Notes under the pieces: model-generated
The model's input: the letters and a program-made list of their open reading frames with translations, nothing else
Databases searched by the model: none
Told to the model about the DNA's origin: nothing
Source of the DNA: a virus
DNA length: 64,000 bases
Direction: 5' to 3' (one strand)
IMG/VR virus record: IMGVR_UViG_3300023180_000042
Location: 10,323-74,322 of that record
Shown here: in pieces, positions 59,613 to 64,000 of the stretch
Layout: each line of letters begins with the position of its first letter
How positions within the stretch are numbered: position 1 is the stretch's first letter
Position numbers and translations under genes: made by a program

Positions 59613-60662
59613 ATGTCAGTAATGAACAAGCTGAAGAAAAACTCTAAAGTCGCACACACGGCTGTGCTGTCTGAGTCTGAGTTTTTTCAAGAGCGTGAGA
59701 TTACAACCCTCGACGTTCCTATGTTGAATGTCGCTCTGTCTGGTAGTCTGAAGGGTGGACTGGCGTCAGGACTTACTGTTCTCGCTGGTCCATCTAAGCA
59801 CTTTAAAACTTCGTTTGCACTAAAGATGGCGGCTGAGTTTTTGAAGTCTGATCCAGATGCAGTAATGCTGTTCTATGATTCTGAGTTTGGTTCGCCTCAG
59901 TCTTACTTTGAAACGTTTGGTATTGATGTGAATCGTGTGCTCCACACGCCTATCACCAATGTCGAAGAACTGAAGTTTGATCTGATCAACCAGCTTGAGA
60001 ATCTGGACAAAGCCGATAAAGTTATTGTGGTGATTGACTCTATTGGTAACCTAGCATCTAAGAAAGAACTTGAGGATGCAATCAACGAAAAGTCTGTGGC
60101 TGATATGTCACGTGCGAAAGCACTCAAGGGCTTGTTCAGAATGACAACTCCTTATCTGACGATGAAGAACATTCCTCTTCTTGCAATCAATCATACGTAC
60201 AAAGAGATTGGTTTGTTTCCGAAAGATATTGTTGGCGGTGGTACCGGTATCTACTACTCTGCTGATAACATCTGGATTCTCGGTCGTCGGCAGAACAAAA
60301 CTGGCACTGAGGTAACTGGTTATGACTTTATTATCAACGTCGAAAAGTCTCGATTTGTTAAAGAGAAGTCAAAGATTCCTATCCGAGTTTCTTGGGAAGG
60401 TGGGATTGAGCCTTATAGTGGTCTTCTGGATGTTGCTCTTGCTGGTGGTTTTGTTATTAAGCCTAGTAACGGCTGGTATCAACTGGTTGATAAAGCTACT
60501 GGACAACTGGTTGGCGGAAAGGTCAGAGAGAAAGACACGCTCGCGCATTCTTTCTGGGAAGGACTATTAGAAGACGAAGACTTCCAGTCGTTCATTGAAA
60601 AGCAATACAAGATTGGTGCTGGTGCATCGATTGAACTTGATCTAGAAATGGAAGTTGAGTGA
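59613..60662 (+). CDS. uvsX: RecA-like recombinase UvsX
   Basis: LAGPSKHFKTSF, FYDSEFG, IDSIGNLASKKE, GGGTGIYYSAD. Confidence 0.95.
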   Translation: MSVMNKLKKNSKVAHTAVLSESEFFQEREITTLDVPMLNVALSGSLKGGLASGLTVLAGPSKHFKTSFALKMAAEFLKSDPDAVMLFYDSEFGSPQSYFETFGIDVNRVLHTPITNVEELKFDLINQLENLDKADKVIVVIDSIGNLASKKELEDAINEKSVADMSRAKALKGLFRMTTPYLTMKNIPLLAINHTYKEIGLFPKDIVGGGTGIYYSADNIWILGRRQNKTGTEVTGYDFIINVEKSRFVKEKSKIPIRVSWEGGIEPYSGLLDVALAGGFVIKPSNGWYQLVDKATGQLVGGKVREKDTLAHSFWEGLLEDEDFQSFIEKQYKIGAGASIELDLEMEVE

Positions 60663-60985
60663 TGGGTATTGGAGTAGCACGAGAAGGAATTGACTATCAG
60701 TTGATTCCTGCTACAGACGATGAGCGCGATCAGTCTTGGGATATTCGTATCATCAAGGGTGAGTTTACTGAGACTGTATTGCGTTTTGGAAACATTGCTT
60801 TCGACGGAGAAAATGATTGCTTAAACTTTAATTTTATGATAGTATCAACACCTGATACTGAATTGACAGAAGCGAACGTAGCCCTTCAAGATCGAGCCGC
60901 AGAAGTTCTTGCGTCTGTTCTTGAAGAAGCGGCGCAAACCGGTAGTTTACAATTAGGCAATCCCGACGATGACAGTGAAGATTGA
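60662..60985 (+). CDS. Hypothetical acidic protein
   Basis: Coupled between uvsX and gp41. Confidence 0.6.
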   Translation: MGIGVAREGIDYQLIPATDDERDQSWDIRIIKGEFTETVLRFGNIAFDGENDCLNFNFMIVSTPDTELTEANVALQDRAAEVLASVLEEAAQTGSLQLGNPDDDSED

Positions 60986-62348
60986 TTTAGAACAAACAAT
61001 CATTCGAAACATTTTGACAAATGAACCTTACATGCGTAAGGTCATTCCTTTCATTAAGAAAGAATACTTCGAAGGTGTGTACCAACATCTGTTCACTGAG
61101 GTGACGAAGTTTGTTGGCAAATACAATAAGTTGCCGACGCTAGAATCTTTTAAGATTGAATTGGATCAGTCTGACAAATTGACTGACCAGATGTACACTC
61201 ATGCCATGGACATTCTTCCTAACATCTTTGAGGTGAAAGAAGAGAATGATACGTGGCTATTAGATACAACAGAAAAGTGGTGTCAAGATCGTGCGGTCTA
61301 TCGTGCTATCATGGAGTCGATTACAATCATCGACGGTAAGCATGAGAAGCTATCAAAGAACGCTCTGCCTGACATCCTACAGAATGCACTAGCCGTATCG
61401 TTCGACACGAACGTAGGTCATGACTACCTTGAAAACGTAGATGAACGATACGCCTTTTATCATGAGCAAGAAGAGCGCATCCCCTTCGATCTCGATTACT
61501 TCAATCGAATCACAAAGGGTGGACTGCCAAATAAGACGCTAAACATCGCCTTGGCAGGCACGGGTGTTGGTAAGTCATTGTTCATGTGTCACGTTGCGGC
61601 TAGTGCCCTATCGCAGGGTCGTAATGTCTTGTACATTACGATGGAGATGGCAGAGGAGCGCATTGCTGAACGCATTGACGCAAATCTGCTGAATGTGCCA
61701 ATCGATCAGTTAGAGAACATGTCGCAGACAATGTTCACTGACCGTGTGCGTCAAATTGCGAATAGCACAAACGGTAAGCTGATCATCAAGGAGTACCCGA
61801 CTGGACAGGCTCATAGCGGTCACTTCCGGGCGTTGCTGATGGAACTCAAACTGAAGAAAAAGTTTGTTCCCGAGTTAATCTTCATTGATTACTTGAACAT
61901 CTGTGCATCGTCTAGAATGAAAGCCATGGGCGGTGCAATCAACTCTTATACTTATGTCAAGGCTATCGCAGAAGAAATACGCGGGCTTGCTGTAGAGTTT
62001 GATGTGCCTATTGTGTCAGCAACACAAACGACTCGGTCGGGGTATGGCAATTCTGATCCTGGACTAGAAGACACATCTGAGTCTTTCGGTCTTCCTGCAA
62101 CGGCTGACCTGATGTTCGCCCTTGTGTCCAACGATGAGCTAAATAGTCTTGGACAGATAATGGTGAAACAGTTAAAGAATCGTTACAATGATCCTAACGT
62201 CGATAAGCGATTTGTGATTGGCGTAGATCGAAGTAAGATGAAACTATATGATGTAGATGAAACACAACAGAACCTTGTTGATGATGATATACCGGTTTTT
62301 GACAAATCGTCTTCGGGCGAAAAACTCAAGAACATAAAAATCTTCTAG
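60969..62348 (+). CDS. gp41: Replicative DnaB-like helicase
   Basis: LAGTGVGKSLFM, IKEYPT, IFIDYLNI, ATQTTRSG, QLKNRYND. Confidence 0.95.
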   Translation: MTVKIDLEQTIIRNILTNEPYMRKVIPFIKKEYFEGVYQHLFTEVTKFVGKYNKLPTLESFKIELDQSDKLTDQMYTHAMDILPNIFEVKEENDTWLLDTTEKWCQDRAVYRAIMESITIIDGKHEKLSKNALPDILQNALAVSFDTNVGHDYLENVDERYAFYHEQEERIPFDLDYFNRITKGGLPNKTLNIALAGTGVGKSLFMCHVAASALSQGRNVLYITMEMAEERIAERIDANLLNVPIDQLENMSQTMFTDRVRQIANSTNGKLIIKEYPTGQAHSGHFRALLMELKLKKKFVPELIFIDYLNICASSRMKAMGGAINSYTYVKAIAEEIRGLAVEFDVPIVSATQTTRSGYGNSDPGLEDTSESFGLPATADLMFALVSNDELNSLGQIMVKQLKNRYNDPNVDKRFVIGVDRSKMKLYDVDETQQNLVDDDIPVFDKSSSGEKLKNIKIF

Positions 62349-62358
62349 GAGGTGCGTT

Positions 62359-62562
62359 ATGGATCCCTACACTCATACTCTTATTGCAGTAGGGCTGATG
62401 TTTGGCTCGTATTGGGCTGGTAGACATCTTGGTTATAAAGACGGCTTGATCGATGTATGGTCTGCTTTGCTTACAGTCTTTGATGCTAAGTCTATCGTTA
62501 TTAATGAAAATGAAGAACTGATTGTCACTGACAAAAACGGTGCCGAAAGAAAGGTGAATTGA
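62359..62562 (+). CDS. Small membrane protein
   Basis: AGGAGG RBS; N-terminal hydrophobic helix. Confidence 0.65.
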   Translation: MDPYTHTLIAVGLMFGSYWAGRHLGYKDGLIDVWSALLTVFDAKSIVINENEELIVTDKNGAERKVN

Positions 62563-63026
62563 TGGCTATTGAATATAAGTTTCGTGAAGATGAGTTGATC
62601 CAAGAATTCAAAGACTACATTGACGCTACGTACAGCGGTCACTATGGTCATGGTGGATTCCAATCGAGTGAAGTAATTGTTGATCGTGGGCATGGTCTCG
62701 GTTTCTTTCTTGGCAACGTTGATAAATACAACGGTCGATATGGCAAGAAAGGTTCTTCAGACGACCATCGCAAAGACTTGATGAAGATTCTGCACTATGC
62801 ACTTCTTGCACTGTACGAACATGACCGACTGAATCCTGTAGTGTCAATCAAGATGGATACCGATTGGCTCGATCATGCGCCTTCTAAAGATACTATCGGT
62901 CTAGGTCCACTCACAGTAGATACAATTTCGTATCCATCAATCAACATTGAGAGTGACGTGAAAGTGGACATCACTGATTATCCTGAGTATGATGTTAAAT
63001 TCAACGTAGACGGACTCAAGGTATGA
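62562..63026 (+). CDS. DUF3310-like protein
   Basis: YID.TY..HY, GFFLGNV.KY..RYGKKG, DLMKILHYA. Confidence 0.7.
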   Translation: MAIEYKFREDELIQEFKDYIDATYSGHYGHGGFQSSEVIVDRGHGLGFFLGNVDKYNGRYGKKGSSDDHRKDLMKILHYALLALYEHDRLNPVVSIKMDTDWLDHAPSKDTIGLGPLTVDTISYPSINIESDVKVDITDYPEYDVKFNVDGLKV

Positions 63027-63268
63027 CAGAAGACATTTTCGATTTTGGCTTTACAGCCGTAACTGAAGAAGAGTTGGAGATTGTTCAGAAATCTTCGACA
63101 GAAAAGGATGCGGTTGAAAGTCGGCTCGATAAGTTGTATAATGCTATTCAACCATTGTTGGATAATCTGAGAAAGAATCCAGAGAAGGACTATATCTATT
63201 GGCCCAATCGTCTGGATAAAGTCGATCAGTTTAGGGATTACATCGACGACATCTATACTGGAAAGTAA
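63023..63268 (+). CDS. Conserved hypothetical protein
   Basis: FDFGFTAV.E.EL...L.KNPEKDYIYWPNR. Confidence 0.7.
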   Translation: MTEDIFDFGFTAVTEEELEIVQKSSTEKDAVESRLDKLYNAIQPLLDNLRKNPEKDYIYWPNRLDKVDQFRDYIDDIYTGK

Positions 63269-63484
63269 ATGACATTTAACATGAAGGCCGCTAAGACGGC
63301 TGTAAGTGATACAATCGTAGCAACACCAATTAACTTAGTTCTCAACTACATACTTCTCAAAATGTTTCTACCTCTCAGTTTGACTGCGGAGTTGATGACT
63401 ATAATCTTTACTTCCATATTTTTCGTTGTCGCTTGCGTCCGAAAATATTTTGTGATATCATTCTTTAATAGGAGAAATAAATGA
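63269..63484 (+). CDS. Small two-helix membrane protein
   Basis: Two hydrophobic segments; RKYF near the C-terminus. Confidence 0.6.
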   Translation: MTFNMKAAKTAVSDTIVATPINLVLNYILLKMFLPLSLTAELMTIIFTSIFFVVACVRKYFVISFFNRRNK

Positions 63485-64000
63485 CTAGCCCCGTAAAAGT
63501 GCCTGACGTTGTATTCAAAACTCGGGTTCGTGATGATTCAATCCCCGGTGCAAATCCGTATCGATGGGAAGATGTGACCAGTGAAGACCTTTTCATGGGT
63601 AAGTCTGTGATCGTCTTTTCTCTTCCTGGTGCATTTACGCCGACTTGCTCTACGTATCAACTGCCCAACTTCGAGAAGTTGTATGGCGACTTCAAGCAGT
63701 ACGGCGTTGATGATATCTACTGCATCTCGGTCAATGATGCGTTCGTGATGAATGCATGGGCAAAGGCTCAAGGGCTCAAGCACGTTAAAGTGATTCCTGA
63801 TGGTTCAGGTTATTTCACTGAGCAGATGGGAATGCTTGTCGCTAAAGACAATCTTGGTTTCGGTATGCGTTCGTGGCGCTATGCGATGCACGTAGTCGAT
63901 GGCGTGATTATGAAAATCTTCGAAGAGCCAGGTCGCGAAGATAATTGTGAAACTGACCCTTACGAGGTCACTTCTCCTGAAAACATTCTGTCTTACTTCG
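63481..64000 (+). CDS. Peroxiredoxin (Prx5/type II), 3'-truncated by window; not in ORF track
   Basis: AGGAG RBS; translation gives FSLPGAFTPTCS, ISVNDAFVM.AW, GFGMRSWRYAM. Confidence 0.9.
   Translation, partial: MTSPVKVPDVVFKTRVRDDSIPGANPYRWEDVTSEDLFMGKSVIVFSLPGAFTPTCSTYQLPNFEKLYGDFKQYGVDDIYCISVNDAFVMNAWAKAQGLKHVKVIPDGSGYFTEQMGMLVAKDNLGFGMRSWRYAMHVVDGVIMKIFEEPGREDNCETDPYEVTSPENILSYF

Noticed and set aside
1-64000. tRNA/rRNA genes; cyanophage assignment
   Set aside because: No cloverleaf or rRNA-like segment recognised in the short intergenic gaps. No photosynthesis genes in the window, so a cyanobacterial host is not supported.

Overview
64 kb of a large T4-like myovirus genome, probably marine. 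Host is unknown; no photosynthesis genes occur in the window, and weak hints point to a Gram-negative heterotroph. Gene order: virion appendage/fibre genes (1-30.3 kb, containing neck genes 13-14-15); packaging, tail and head genes 16-23; gp3, uvsY, uvsW, 55, 47, 46, 45, 44, 62, regA, hsp20, 43, an AEP primase-like gene, uvsX, 41, and a truncated peroxiredoxin. T4 late promoters (TATAAATA) and sigma70-type promoters are easy to see. The standout is a 2080-aa protein (931-7173) built of aromatic tetrad repeats. Its two ~630-aa arms are mirror-complementary around a central 89-aa basic/aromatic domain: 5-residue bulge units in one arm face FxGQ units in the other, with identical spacing read outward from the centre. 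This suggests a giant antiparallel beta-hairpin fibre inserted in a loop of a three-repeat base domain. It is followed by a putative chaperone, a glycosyltransferase and a 2OG-Fe(II)-like oxygenase. Many exterior virion proteins, and a variable insertion in the major capsid protein, are strongly enriched in an Asp-Ser motif, a candidate modification sequon. All family assignments are by-eye motif recognition and all counts are manual; no database searches were run.
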